Positions 1-11,537 of a stretch of DNA of 64,000 nt are shown here, in pieces (within the stretch, counting starts at the first letter, position 1; every line of letters begins with the position of its first letter). This DNA comes from Verrucomicrobiota bacterium. GTDB taxonomy: Bacteria; Verrucomicrobiota; Verrucomicrobiia; Chthoniobacterales; JAFAMB01. The notes beneath the pieces were generated by a model. That model did not search any database and was not told the origin of the DNA. It saw only the letters and a list, made by a program, of their open reading frames with translations. Position numbers and translations under genes: made by a program. Location of the stretch: the NCBI GenBank assembly GCA_019246215.1, contig JAFAQT010000427.1, forward strand, positions 12,882 to 76,881. Reading direction: 5' to 3'.

Positions 1-2220
1 CTCGTCACCGCCTTCCGGTCGGATACCCCAAACGCCGACAGCATTTCGTCCCATGTCTCGCACGTCGGCCTCATGGAATCGGATGCTGATTCCCCGGCGG
101 GTGATAAGCACCACTTCGTCCATTCCGTTGGTAAGCAACGCATCAATCAGTTCATCTTCCTGCTCGATCTGGATGGCGATAATGCCGCCTTTCCGGACGT
201 TGCCGAAATCCGCCAGGTTTGTCTTTTTCACAATGCCGGATCGCGTGGCAAACATAACGTGGAGCTCCGGATTCCATGTTCCTTCGTCTCCCTTGGGATT
301 CCCTGTTTGGTCAACGGCTTCAATGCGAAGGGTCGCGGCAATCTTTTCTTCGGGCCGCAACTCGAGCAGATTCGCGATTGCCCGGCCTTTGGAAGCGCGG
401 CTCATTTCAGGGATTTCGTACACCTTTTCCACATAACAGCGGCCCGTTTGGGTAAAAAACATGAGCGAATCATGTGTACTCGCGGTGAAAAGGTGCTCAA
501 CGAAGTCACCCTGATCCCCGCGTACCTGTGCTTCACGGGTAGTCATCCCGATCACGCCTCTGCCCCCACGGCGCTGCGCACGAAATTCGCTTTCTGCCGT
601 GCGTTTAATATACCCTCCGTGGGTAATCGTAATGATGCATCCCTCATTTGCGATCAGGTCCTCGAATGCGATCTCTCCCTCCTCGAGCAGAATCGCTGTC
701 ATCCGGTCCGAACCGTATTTGTCCCTGATTCGCAACAGTTCGTCTTTGATGATCGACATGACCCGATCTGCCCGATTCAGGATGTCGAGCAAATCGTTAA
801 TCTTCCGGACAATTTCGCCGTATTCCTGGATGATTTTTTCGCGTTCAAGTCCGGTCAGTTGATAGAGGCGCAGATCGAGAATCTGATCCGCCTGATGTTC
901 GCTGAAAATATACCGGCCATCGACGAGACGGACTTCGCTCCGGATCCGAACGCCGATTTGCTCCACCGTTTCACGGCCGAATTCGTACGCGAGAAGTTTT
1001 ATCTTGGCTTCGTCGCGATTCTCGGAGCCGCGAATAATCTCGATAAAATCGTCCAGGTTCGCGAGCGCGATGAGATAACCTTCGAGAGTCTCAGCTCTAG
1101 CTTCAGCCTGGCGGAGAAGAAAACGAGTACGCCTGAGAACCACATCGCGGCGATGCTCGATATAACAAAGGAGCGCTTCCTTGAGCGACAGCAGTTTGGG
1201 ACGGCCGTGATCGATCGCCAGCATATTCACGGCGAAGGAACTTTCCATCGCGGTGTGCATGTAAAGATTGTTAAGGACTACCTTCGAGTTTGCATCCCGC
1301 TTAAGCTCCAGCTCGATTCTCGTGCTTTCGTCCGAGAGATCCCGCAAGTCACTGATGTCAGTGATGACTTTTTCCTGAATGAGTCCGGCGATGCGTTTGA
1401 GGAGTTCAGCGCGATTAACGTTGTAGGGGATTTCGGTGATGACGATTTGTTCGCGTCCGTTCTTCGTCTCTTCGATCGTGGCCGTACCGCGCACTTTCAG
1501 ACTACCTCTGCCGGTTTCAAAATACTGGCGAATCGCACTTTTGCCGTAGATGGTGCAGCCGGTGGGGAAATCTGGGCCTTTAATGAAGCCGAGCAATTCA
1601 TCAGTTCCGATATCGGGCTGATCAATCAATGCGCAAATTCCGTCGACGACCTCCACGAGGTTGTGGGGAGGCATATTGGTTGCCATCCCGACGGCAATAC
1701 CGGTCCCGCCGTTCACAACCAGGTTCGGAAAGGCGGCCGGAAAAACAACCGGTTCGGTCGTCGTCTCGTCATAGTTCGGCACGAAGTCGACCGTATCTTT
1801 TTCCATGTCCTCCATGAGGACCGCACCGAGATGGGTCAACCGTGCTTCGGTGTACCGCATGGAAGCAGGAGGATCGCCGTCCATGGAACCGAAGTTCCCT
1901 TGACCCTCGATCAGCGTATCTCGCATTGCCCAGGGCTGTGCCAGATGCACAAGGGTGGGGTAGATCGCCATGTCCCCGTGCGGATGATAATTACCCATGG
2001 TTTCCCCGACGATCTTGGCGCACTTGCTATGTTTCCGGTTCGGCTGGAGCCCGAGACCGTTCATGGCGTAAAGGATTCGGCGTTGAGAAGGTTTCAATCC
2101 GTCTCTGGCATCCGGAAGCGCACGCGAAATGATCACCGACATCGAATAGTCGAGAAACGATTTCGACATCTCTTCGGCGACGTTTACCGGTTCGATTTTT
2201 TCGTTCGGAAGAGTCGGCAT
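1..2220 (-). CDS. gyrA: DNA gyrase subunit A (partial; C-terminal part lies beyond the left window edge)
   Basis: Own minus-strand translation from the ATG at 2220-2218: MPTLPNEKIEPVNVAEEMSKSFLDYSMSVIISRALPDARDGLKPSQRRILYAM...GNYHPHGD...ASMRYTEARL (active-site Tyr region). The frame stays open to base 1. It is missing from the ORF track because there is no stop in the window. It starts 28 nt downstream of gyrB. Confidence 0.95.
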   Translation of the reverse strand, partial: MPTLPNEKIEPVNVAEEMSKSFLDYSMSVIISRALPDARDGLKPSQRRILYAMNGLGLQPNRKHSKCAKIVGETMGNYHPHGDMAIYPTLVHLAQPWAMRDTLIEGQGNFGSMDGDPPASMRYTEARLTHLGAVLMEDMEKDTVDFVPNYDETTTEPVVFPAAFPNLVVNGGTGIAVGMATNMPPHNLVEVVDGICALIDQPDIGTDELLGFIKGPDFPTGCTIYGKSAIRQYFETGRGSLKVRGTATIEETKNGREQIVITEIPYNVNRAELLKRIAGLIQEKVITDISDLRDLSDESTRIELELKRDANSKVVLNNLYMHTAMESSFAVNMLAIDHGRPKLLSLKEALLCYIEHRRDVVLRRTRFLLRQAEARAETLEGYLIALANLDDFIEIIRGSENRDEAKIKLLAYEFGRETVEQIGVRIRSEVRLVDGRYIFSEHQADQILDLRLYQLTGLEREKIIQEYGEIVRKINDLLDILNRADRVMSIIKDELLRIRDKYGSDRMTAILLEEGEIAFEDLIANEGCIITITHGGYIKRTAESEFRAQRRGGRGVIGMTTREAQVRGDQGDFVEHLFTASTHDSLMFFTQTGRCYVEKVYEIPEMSRASKGRAIANLLELRPEEKIAATLRIEAVDQTGNPKGDEGTWNPELHVMFATRSGIVKKTNLADFGNVRKGGIIAIQIEQEDELIDALLTNGMDEVVLITRRGISIRFHEADVRDMGRNAVGVWGIRPEGGDE

Positions 2221-2248
2221 GGAAAGGAACGTTGAACCTCGAACGTGA

Positions 2249-4852
<2,604 letters not shown>

Positions 4853-5033
4853 TTAAGCACAATAGTACGGCCGCAGAGAACGGTTTGCAAGCAATGAACG
4901 AGCACAACTTGTAGCGGGTAGACCACAGAAATTACACAACATTTTGGGGTTTGTCGACTGTAAATTCGGTCGTTTGCGGGGGATAATAGGCGAGGCGATT
5001 CGGGGAGGAAGCGCGTGCTAGATTGGCGTTGAC

Positions 5034-6446
5034 ATGGAAATGTTTGATTTTGTGGTTATTGGCGGAGGCAGCGCCGGTTACGCTGCAGCAGCGACAGCGA
5101 CGCGCTCAGGACTGAAAACTGTTTGCATCGAGGGAGGGGATGAAGTGGGCGGGCTTTGTATCCTGCGCGGTTGCATGCCAAGCAAGACTTTGATTGAGTC
5201 CGCAAACCGGTTTTTGACGCTGCGCCGGGCAACGCAATTTGGATTAAGCGCGGGCCCGATTGGCTTCGATTCTGGAGCGATTATTCAGCGGAAACGGGAT
5301 CTAATCGCGTCCTTCGCGCGATACCGGGAAGAACAACTGACGGATGGCAGGTTTGAGTTCGTCCGGGGCCGAGCCGAGTTCACAGACTCGCACCATGTAA
5401 AGGTGAAGTTATTGGCTGGAGGCGAACAACAGATCGAAGGGAAGTCATTTTTGATTTCTACGGGCTCGGTTCTCAATTCCATTGATCTGCGCGGTCTGAA
5501 TGAGGTTGGATTTCTGGACAGCAACACAGGATTGGACTCTGAACGTTTTCCGCGATCGATTGTGATTCTGGGCGGAGGAGCAGTCGCGCTGGAGTTTGCT
5601 CATTTCTACAATGCGCTCGGTGTCGAGGTGACAGTCGTGCAGAGGAGCAATCAGGTCCTCAAGGAAGCCGATCCGGATATCGCCGAGGCATTGGTTACAG
5701 CGTTGCGCAAGCGCGGGGTTCGGGTGATTTGTGGCACGAAACTCCTGCGTGTCGAACGAACTGAACTCGGGAAAAGCGTCTGGTACGAATGGAACGGGGA
5801 AAAACAGGTTGTTGAGGCGGTCGAGATCTTCTACGCTCTGGGCCGCAGGCCGGACGTTCTGGAACTAGGCCTCGAAAAAGCGGGCGTCGGAACAGATAAA
5901 CAGAACGCGGTAGCGGTGAACGAGATGCTGCAGACGTCGCAGCCCCATATTTTTGCGGCTGGGGATGTGACCGGGCTTTATGAAATTGTGCATATTGCGG
6001 TCCAGCAAGGCGAGACCGCCGCCCGGAACGCACAACGTTTACTCAACCGTCAAGCCCCTGAGAGCATCGACTATCGTTTAAAAATGTTCGCCATGTTTTC
6101 CGAGCCGCAGATCGCGGTGGTGGGCATCACCGAGCGCGAAGCCGCCAAGCAGGGATTGGACATCCGCGTCGCGAAATATCCTTTTGACGATCACGGGAAA
6201 TCAATTGTTCGAGGCGAAGTGGAAGGGTTCGTCAAATTGATTGCCTACGCGAAGAACGGTGAAATTGCCGGGGGAGCTGCGATTGGTCCGGAAGCTTCAG
6301 AAATTATTCACGAAATCGCGGTCGCCATGCACTTTCATTCAACCGCCGCAACGCTGGCGTCCATCCCTCATTATCACCCGACGCTAAGCGAAATCTGGGC
6401 TTATCCGGCGGAAGAACTCGCAGAAGTTGCCGAGAGAAGTCGTTGA
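5034..6446 (+). CDS. Class I FAD-dependent pyridine nucleotide-disulfide oxidoreductase (dihydrolipoyl dehydrogenase / MerA-like family)
   Basis: FAD fold DFVVIGGGSAGY. Redox-active disulfide GGLCILRGCMPSK. Second Rossmann fold ILGGGAVALEFA. C-terminal dimerisation His-Glu motif HYHPTLSE. The exact substrate cannot be assigned. Confidence 0.75.
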   Translation: MEMFDFVVIGGGSAGYAAAATATRSGLKTVCIEGGDEVGGLCILRGCMPSKTLIESANRFLTLRRATQFGLSAGPIGFDSGAIIQRKRDLIASFARYREEQLTDGRFEFVRGRAEFTDSHHVKVKLLAGGEQQIEGKSFLISTGSVLNSIDLRGLNEVGFLDSNTGLDSERFPRSIVILGGGAVALEFAHFYNALGVEVTVVQRSNQVLKEADPDIAEALVTALRKRGVRVICGTKLLRVERTELGKSVWYEWNGEKQVVEAVEIFYALGRRPDVLELGLEKAGVGTDKQNAVAVNEMLQTSQPHIFAAGDVTGLYEIVHIAVQQGETAARNAQRLLNRQAPESIDYRLKMFAMFSEPQIAVVGITEREAAKQGLDIRVAKYPFDDHGKSIVRGEVEGFVKLIAYAKNGEIAGGAAIGPEASEIIHEIAVAMHFHSTAATLASIPHYHPTLSEIWAYPAEELAEVAERSR

Positions 6447-7015
6447 CACTGCTTTTTGCTCCCTTCATAGTTGCGGGCGTGCTGAAAAAGTTTATCCCCC
6501 AAAAGCCAGGACAGACGGCACCTGCGGAAGAGGTCGGTTCTGGGGAGAGTCCGCCAACTCCACCGGCTGCTCAACCGTTAACTGAAACACAACCAACACC
6601 CGTTATGGCAGATATACCACCCACCAAGAATAACCTCTCGAAGGACGTCGAAATAAAAGGTTCGATCAAGTTTGTCAATGAATTCGTCTTTGATGGAAAT
6701 CTGGAAGGCGAGATTTCCTCTGTCGACGGCATTCTCACAGTTGGAGAGAATGCGGATGTGCGCGGAGAGGTGAAAAGCAAGACTGTGATCGTGAAAGGTA
6801 AGGTGCACGGGAACATTACGGTACAGGAACGTTGTGAACTTCATTCCCGTTCCCAGCTGATCGGTGACCTGAAAGCTGCGCGTCTGGTGATCGAAGAAGG
6901 CGCAACGTTCGTCGGCAAATCTGAGGTCACGCCCAGCAAGAATCTTGCTAAGGATTTTAGTGTCCCTGCTCCTCCCCACAAAGAAGAGCTGCAGAAGGTC
7001 GGTGCTCCACGTTAA
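6443..7015 (+). CDS. Bactofilin (polymer-forming cytoskeletal protein, DUF583)
   Basis: Typical beta-helical repeat: VEIKGSIKFVNEFVFDGNLEGEISSVDGILTVGENADVRGEVKSKTVIVKGKVHGNITVQERCELHSRSQLIGDLKAARLVIEEGATFVGKSEV. The start is uncertain: TTG 6443 has a purine-rich stretch (AGAGAAG) just upstream, and the first ATG is at 6605. Confidence 0.85.
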   Translation: MTLLFAPFIVAGVLKKFIPQKPGQTAPAEEVGSGESPPTPPAAQPLTETQPTPVMADIPPTKNNLSKDVEIKGSIKFVNEFVFDGNLEGEISSVDGILTVGENADVRGEVKSKTVIVKGKVHGNITVQERCELHSRSQLIGDLKAARLVIEEGATFVGKSEVTPSKNLAKDFSVPAPPHKEELQKVGAPR

Positions 7016-7025
7016 GGAGTTCTGA

Positions 7026-7844
7026 GTGGCTGCTAAAGGGCGGGTCGAAGTACAATGTCCTCATTGTGGTAACATTCAGTTAGAACCTGAGCTTGCGAAG
7101 TCCACCTACTGCCGAAAATGCAGTCGTTACATTCTGCTAAATAAAGGTCGAAAATCGACTGAGCCGCAGGAGCTAGAGCAGCAGCCTTCGGTCTTCCACA
7201 AGTTGGAAGGCCTCATCGGAATCCAGAGGACGGTTGTCGCACGGTGCTTCGAATGCACCGGTAAAAGGGAGGTGCCGAAGAGCGCCACTTCAACGATCTG
7301 TCCGCTCTGCGGCGCATATATCGATCTGCAGGACTACCGGATCATCGGCCATTACAGTCGTTCGATCCGGACTCGGGGGCGCTTGATCATCACCAGCAAA
7401 GGGGATCTGACCAGCAACCGGGCGATATGTAACTACGCTAAGATCCAGGGAACCATGCGGGGAAATCTGGTTTGCAGCGGGGAAGTGCATATCCGGCTAA
7501 GGGGAAAGCTGAGCGGCAGTATCGAGGCGAAGAGCGTCCACATCGACAAGAAATGTGAAGCTGAATTTGTGCGCCCGATTCGGGCAGAATTGGTCAATAT
7601 TGAAGGGATCATTTCAGCGCGGATTATTTCGAGCGGCAAAGTTTTGATTCAAAAGACCGGCCGGTTGACTGGGGCGGTGTTTGGTCGCGGATTTTCGGTC
7701 GAGAAGGGAGGCGAATTTTTTGGCGAACTTTCGATCGGTAAGGTGGAGATGACGCAAGGTGAACTGCTGGATGCGCCGACTCGTACAACGGAGACGAAAG
7801 GGAAGTCGGATACCGGCGCGGATTTCAGCCTGGTGACTGCATGA
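7026..7844 (+). CDS. Bactofilin-domain protein with two N-terminal zinc-ribbon motifs
   Basis: N-terminus: CPHCGN-x16-CRKCS and CFECTG-x14-CPLCG. C-terminal bactofilin-like repeats follow: RGRLIITSKGDLTSNRAICNYAKIQGTMRGNLVCSGEVHIRLRGKLSGSIEAKSVHIDKKCEAEF...IEGIISARIISSGKVLIQKTGRLTGAVFGRGFSVEKGGEFFGEL. Confidence 0.8.
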   Translation: MAAKGRVEVQCPHCGNIQLEPELAKSTYCRKCSRYILLNKGRKSTEPQELEQQPSVFHKLEGLIGIQRTVVARCFECTGKREVPKSATSTICPLCGAYIDLQDYRIIGHYSRSIRTRGRLIITSKGDLTSNRAICNYAKIQGTMRGNLVCSGEVHIRLRGKLSGSIEAKSVHIDKKCEAEFVRPIRAELVNIEGIISARIISSGKVLIQKTGRLTGAVFGRGFSVEKGGEFFGELSIGKVEMTQGELLDAPTRTTETKGKSDTGADFSLVTA

Positions 7845-7852
7845 TCCAAAGC

Positions 7853-8548
7853 CTAACGCGAGACGGGAGAAGCTGTGTCCTGTGCTGTCGGATTCGGCTT
7901 CGCGGTTTGTTGAGAGAGTTTGTCCGACAATCTGCCAGCTCTTCGCCCAGCCTCGCCTGAGAAGCTGCTTTCTGGATAACGTCGCACAATGCTTTCGAAC
8001 AATTGCTGGGCTTCTTTTAATTCTCCTCCTGTCTCGGCGAGGCGCGCCTGTTGAAACAGGGCCATCGGAGCCAGATACGACGTGTTGAATTGTGTCGCTA
8101 CCAACTTATACTTGTTGATGGCTTTGTCCGGGTGGTCCTCGCACTCAGCGTTGGCGGCCAGACCCATGTACCCTGCCACGAGCAAAGGATGCATACTAAA
8201 ATGCCGGACGAAAGAGTCGTAAGCGGCATCCGATTCCGGATATTTGCTTGCTGCTCTCAGTTTTGATCCGATCCTCAAGTAGGAATTGCCGGCCGCGATC
8301 GAGTCTGGAAAGTCGCGGATCACGGCCTGCCAACCCTCGATAGAATCTGCTGCGGCATACGCGGCTTCAGCTTTCTGAGTTTTTACCGCCTGAAGCCCGA
8401 AGTAGATACCCCCTCCAAGGAGCATGAGAACCAACACCAGAGCGCCAATGAGGACCTTCTGTTTGTGAAGCGCCCAAAAAATTTCAGGATCGAAAGTGGT
8501 GAGGGGCTGAGGTGAGTGAGATGGCTGTGCCGCGGGTTGACTACTCAT
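7853..8548 (-). CDS. Membrane-anchored TPR-like protein (YfgM-like architecture)
   Basis: One N-terminal TM helix (VLIGALVLVLMLLGGGIYFGL) followed by a helical repeat region resembling TPR/YfgM-type proteins. No catalytic motif. Confidence 0.45.
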   Translation of the reverse strand: MSSQPAAQPSHSPQPLTTFDPEIFWALHKQKVLIGALVLVLMLLGGGIYFGLQAVKTQKAEAAYAAADSIEGWQAVIRDFPDSIAAGNSYLRIGSKLRAASKYPESDAAYDSFVRHFSMHPLLVAGYMGLAANAECEDHPDKAINKYKLVATQFNTSYLAPMALFQQARLAETGGELKEAQQLFESIVRRYPESSFSGEAGRRAGRLSDKLSQQTAKPNPTAQDTASPVSR

Positions 8549-8737
8549 TAGATAAATTCATAGGATCTTCAGGCATGGCAAGAAGGTTGATGCGGGAATT
8601 CGGGAGGCAAAGTCTTTTCGGACCGGGGATAAACTCTGCATCGAATGGCACTCAGGCAAGTCGAAATTGATCGCATAAAAGCAGGCTGATCAGCGAAAGC
8701 AAGTCGTCCTATGCTGCATTTCTGAATGCTTGATGTG

Positions 8738-9712
8738 TTAGCCGCCAACTTCCGCTCTGGCTTCATCAGCGAGCGCGGTGCTCAGATAGCGTTCTCCCGT
8801 CGAGCATGCCACAGTTACGATGAGTTTGCCTTTGTTTTCCGGGCGCCTGGCGATTCCCAGGGCAGCATGAACGTTTGCTCCGGAGCTGATCCCCGCAAGG
8901 ATTCCTTCTTCCTTGGCCAGACGTCGCGCCATAACAAAGGCGTCTTCGTTCGAAACCAGGACGACTTCGTCGACGATCTGCAAGTGAAGATTATTCGGAA
9001 CAAAACCCGCCCCCGTTCCCTGGATTTTGTGAGGACCGGGTTTGAGCGGTTGGCCTCTCAAGGTTTGCTGAATGACGGGCGAATCCTTCGGCTCAACAGC
9101 GATCGCTTTGAATTCCGGTTTGCGTTTTTTGATGACTTCGGCCACTCCGGTAATTGTGCCCCCGGTTCCGACCGCAGAGACGAGAATATCAACCTTGCCA
9201 TCGGTGTCGGCCCAGATCTCTTCCGCAGTGGTTTGCTGGTGAACTGCTGGATTTGCGGGGTTATTGAACTGCTGCGGCATCCATGCATTTGGGGTGGTTT
9301 TCAGCAGTTCTTCCGCTCGAGCGATGGCGCCTTTCATTCCCTCCGATCCGGGCGTGAGAACCAATTGGGCGCCCAGCATCGCTAGCAGCGTGCGGCGCTC
9401 AAGGCTCATTGTTTCGGGCATTGTCAAGATGAGCTTATACCCTTTCGCAGCGCAGACGAACGCTAGGGCGATCCCGGTGTTGCCACTGGTGGGTTCGACG
9501 ATCACTGTGTCCGGCCCTATGATTCCTTCTTTTTCAGCAGCTTCAATCATCGACATCCCAATCCTGTCCTTCACACTGCCGAGCGGATTAAAAAACTCGC
9601 ATTTGATCGCTATTGTGGCTTCAATGCCGCGAGTGACGCGGTTAAGCCGGACCAGCGGAGTTCGGCCGACTGTTTCGACTATATTATTGTAGAGTATACC
9701 GTTCGTTTGCAT
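8738..9712 (-). CDS. cysK: Cysteine synthase A (O-acetylserine sulfhydrylase)
   Basis: [15 protein letters not shown]-lysine motif [32 protein letters not shown]. Confidence 0.92.
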   Translation of the reverse strand: MQTNGILYNNIVETVGRTPLVRLNRVTRGIEATIAIKCEFFNPLGSVKDRIGMSMIEAAEKEGIIGPDTVIVEPTSGNTGIALAFVCAAKGYKLILTMPETMSLERRTLLAMLGAQLVLTPGSEGMKGAIARAEELLKTTPNAWMPQQFNNPANPAVHQQTTAEEIWADTDGKVDILVSAVGTGGTITGVAEVIKKRKPEFKAIAVEPKDSPVIQQTLRGQPLKPGPHKIQGTGAGFVPNNLHLQIVDEVVLVSNEDAFVMARRLAKEEGILAGISSGANVHAALGIARRPENKGKLIVTVACSTGERYLSTALADEARAEVGG

Positions 9713-9839
9713 TGCCTGGTTGGATTATGATTCAGGGACAGGCGGGAACTGCTTACATACACAAACCTGGGGTGGGTTCAAGTCGGCCAGGCACCAAATA
9801 TCGCGAACCGAAGCTGGCGAACTTCCAGGTTGAAGGGTT

Positions 9840-9869
9840 GAGGCCCGCTCGGTATTCCAAGCGGGCCTC
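9840..9869 (-). terminator. GC-rich hairpin immediately 3' of the RNase P RNA (possible terminator or processing stem, no U tract)
   Basis: Perfect 9-bp stem GAGGCCCGC / GCGGGCCUC with a 12-nt loop. It lies between the rnpB 3' end and the cysK start. Confidence 0.3.
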
Positions 9870-9871
9870 AC

Positions 9872-10336
9872 CTTGAATGGCATAAGCCGAATTCTGTTTT
9901 CCGCTTTCGCGCAATGACGATCATTTATCTCACTCGGTTTCCTGAGTGCCCGGCATAAAATGCCGGATGCGACTAATACCCGAGGGATCCTTCCCGCTTT
10001 CGCGAAAAGGACGAGCGGGCCACTCTTCCCTCTGCTTTGTCTTGCACCACATGGGGTTTTTCGTGCGATCCCGCTTACGCGGACGATCCGGTGGGCTCTT
10101 ACCCCGCCTTTTCACCCTTACCCAACACGACCAGGTGGCAGTGGTCAGTGTGACCGGCGATTGATACTGACCACTGGCAACTGACCGTGCTGGGCGGTCT
10201 ATTTTCTGTGACACTATCCGTTACTCGGGATTTGGATCCCGGGTACCCTCGCTTTCACAAGGCATGCCGCCCTCGGGTGTTCGGACTTTCCTCTGGCGAG
10301 AAACATTTCAGGCCAGCGATCGTCTGCCACCGCCGA
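9872..10336 (-). ncRNA. rnpB: RNase P RNA, bacterial type A
   Basis: The minus strand carries the universal blocks GAGGAAAGUCCGAAC (CR-I), ACAGAAAA, GGGUAAGGGUGAAAAGGCGGGGUAAGAGCCCACC and ACAGAAUUCGGCUUAU (CR-V). P1 (GGUGGCA/UGCCAUU), P2 (GACGAUC/GAUCGUC) and the P3 hairpin (CUGGC...GCCAG) can be drawn. Ends are approximate (+/-10 nt). Confidence 0.85.
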
Positions 10337-10478
10337 AAACTAGCATGGGCCAGCATCGAGGTCCAGCAGGATACTGGAAAGGGAATCAGCAAAATTAGGA
10401 TGAAACCGGAAAAATCTGTGTTATTGTTTCGATCTCATTTTCCCGGGATTTCCGGCGAGGGCGTTGGGGAAAAAACTC

Positions 10479-10506
10479 TTGCGCGGCGTGGGAAAACTAA
10501 TATAGT
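10479..10506 (+). promoter_or_regulatory. Candidate sigma-70-type promoter for the rpsL operon
   Basis: TTGCGC (10479-10484), a 16-nt spacer, then TATAGT (10501-10506), about 90 nt upstream of the rpsL ATG. This is a pattern match only. Confidence 0.25.
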
Positions 10507-10597
10507 CCACGCTCCCCTGGGTCTGGCGGAAGAGAGGTCCGTACTGCCAGAGCAGCTTTTAATCTCCGAACGATATGGACTAAACTGAATTTGCTAC

Positions 10598-11011
10598 ATG
10601 CCAACAATCAACCAGCTCGTAAGAAAGGGCCGCAGAAAGATGGCGGTGAAATCAAAGTCACCAGCCCTCGCCGATTGCCCACAACGGCGAGGAGTTTGTG
10701 TGCAAGTGATGACCCGTACGCCAAAAAAGCCGAATTCGGCGCTCAGAAAGGTGGCTAAGGTGCGCTTGACCAACGGGTATGAAGTGATCGCATACATCCC
10801 GGGAGAGGGTCACAACCTTCAAGAGCACTCGATCGTGATGGTTCGCGGTGGCCGCGTGAAAGATCTGCCTGGGGTTCGTTATCATATCGTTCGGGGAACA
10901 TTGGACTCTCTTGGGGTGGACGGCCGGCGGCGCAGTCGTTCAAAGTACGGAGCTAAGCGTCCGAAATCGAGTGCAGAAACGTCCGCGGCTGGAAAAGGCA
11001 AGAAGAAGTAA
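10598..11011 (+). CDS. rpsL: 30S ribosomal protein S12
   Basis: [13 protein letters not shown]...[10 protein letters not shown]...[13 protein letters not shown]. Short Lys-rich C-terminal tail. Confidence 0.98.
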   Translation: MPTINQLVRKGRRKMAVKSKSPALADCPQRRGVCVQVMTRTPKKPNSALRKVAKVRLTNGYEVIAYIPGEGHNLQEHSIVMVRGGRVKDLPGVRYHIVRGTLDSLGVDGRRRSRSKYGAKRPKSSAETSAAGKGKKK

Positions 11012-11061
11012 AAATTGGCGGTAATTGGGCAAAGTCCCGATGCCGCGGCGAAAAAGAAACC

Positions 11062-11532
11062 ATGTCACGTCGGCACAGAGTCATTCATAAGATCGAATCG
11101 CTGGACAGCAGGTATGGCAGCCCAGTGGTGGCACGGCTGATCAGCACTGTCATGCGGAGCGGGAAAAAATCAGTCGCCGAGCGAATAGTGTACGAGGCTA
11201 TCGAGCGGAGTCGGGAAGGATCGGATTCCGTCGACCCACTGGATACTCTGCTGAAGGCGCTGGAGAACGCGAAACCGCGACTTGAGGTGAAATCTCGGCG
11301 GGTCGGCGGCGCGACGTACCAGGTTCCGGTGGAAGTTCCCCAGGAGCGACAAGTTTCGTTAGCGATGCGGTGGCTTGTAAATTTTGCCAAGAATCGTCGA
11401 GGGACGATGACCGACAATCTGGCGGCGGAGATAAAGGATGCCGCGTCAGGTCAAGGAAACGCGATCAAGAAGCGTGATGACACGCATAAAATGGCGCAGG
11501 CCAACCGGGCCTTTGCGCACTTCAGGTGGTAA
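11062..11532 (+). CDS. rpsG: 30S ribosomal protein S7
   Basis: [13 protein letters not shown]...[19 protein letters not shown]...[10 protein letters not shown]. Confidence 0.97.
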   Translation: MSRRHRVIHKIESLDSRYGSPVVARLISTVMRSGKKSVAERIVYEAIERSREGSDSVDPLDTLLKALENAKPRLEVKSRRVGGATYQVPVEVPQERQVSLAMRWLVNFAKNRRGTMTDNLAAEIKDAASGQGNAIKKRDDTHKMAQANRAFAHFRW

Positions 11533-11537
11533 TCGAT

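Noticed and set aside
73-2235. A 720-aa plus-strand ORF, the longest track ORF at the left edge
   Set aside because: Its translation is low-complexity and has no recognisable motifs. The opposite strand encodes an unmistakable GyrA over exactly this span, so this is an antisense shadow ORF.
9930-10588. Several 70-130-aa ORFs on both strands (9930..10214, 9946..10164, 9960..10184, 10187..10588)
   Set aside because: They overlap the RNase P RNA gene and the rpsL leader. Their translations have no protein-like features.
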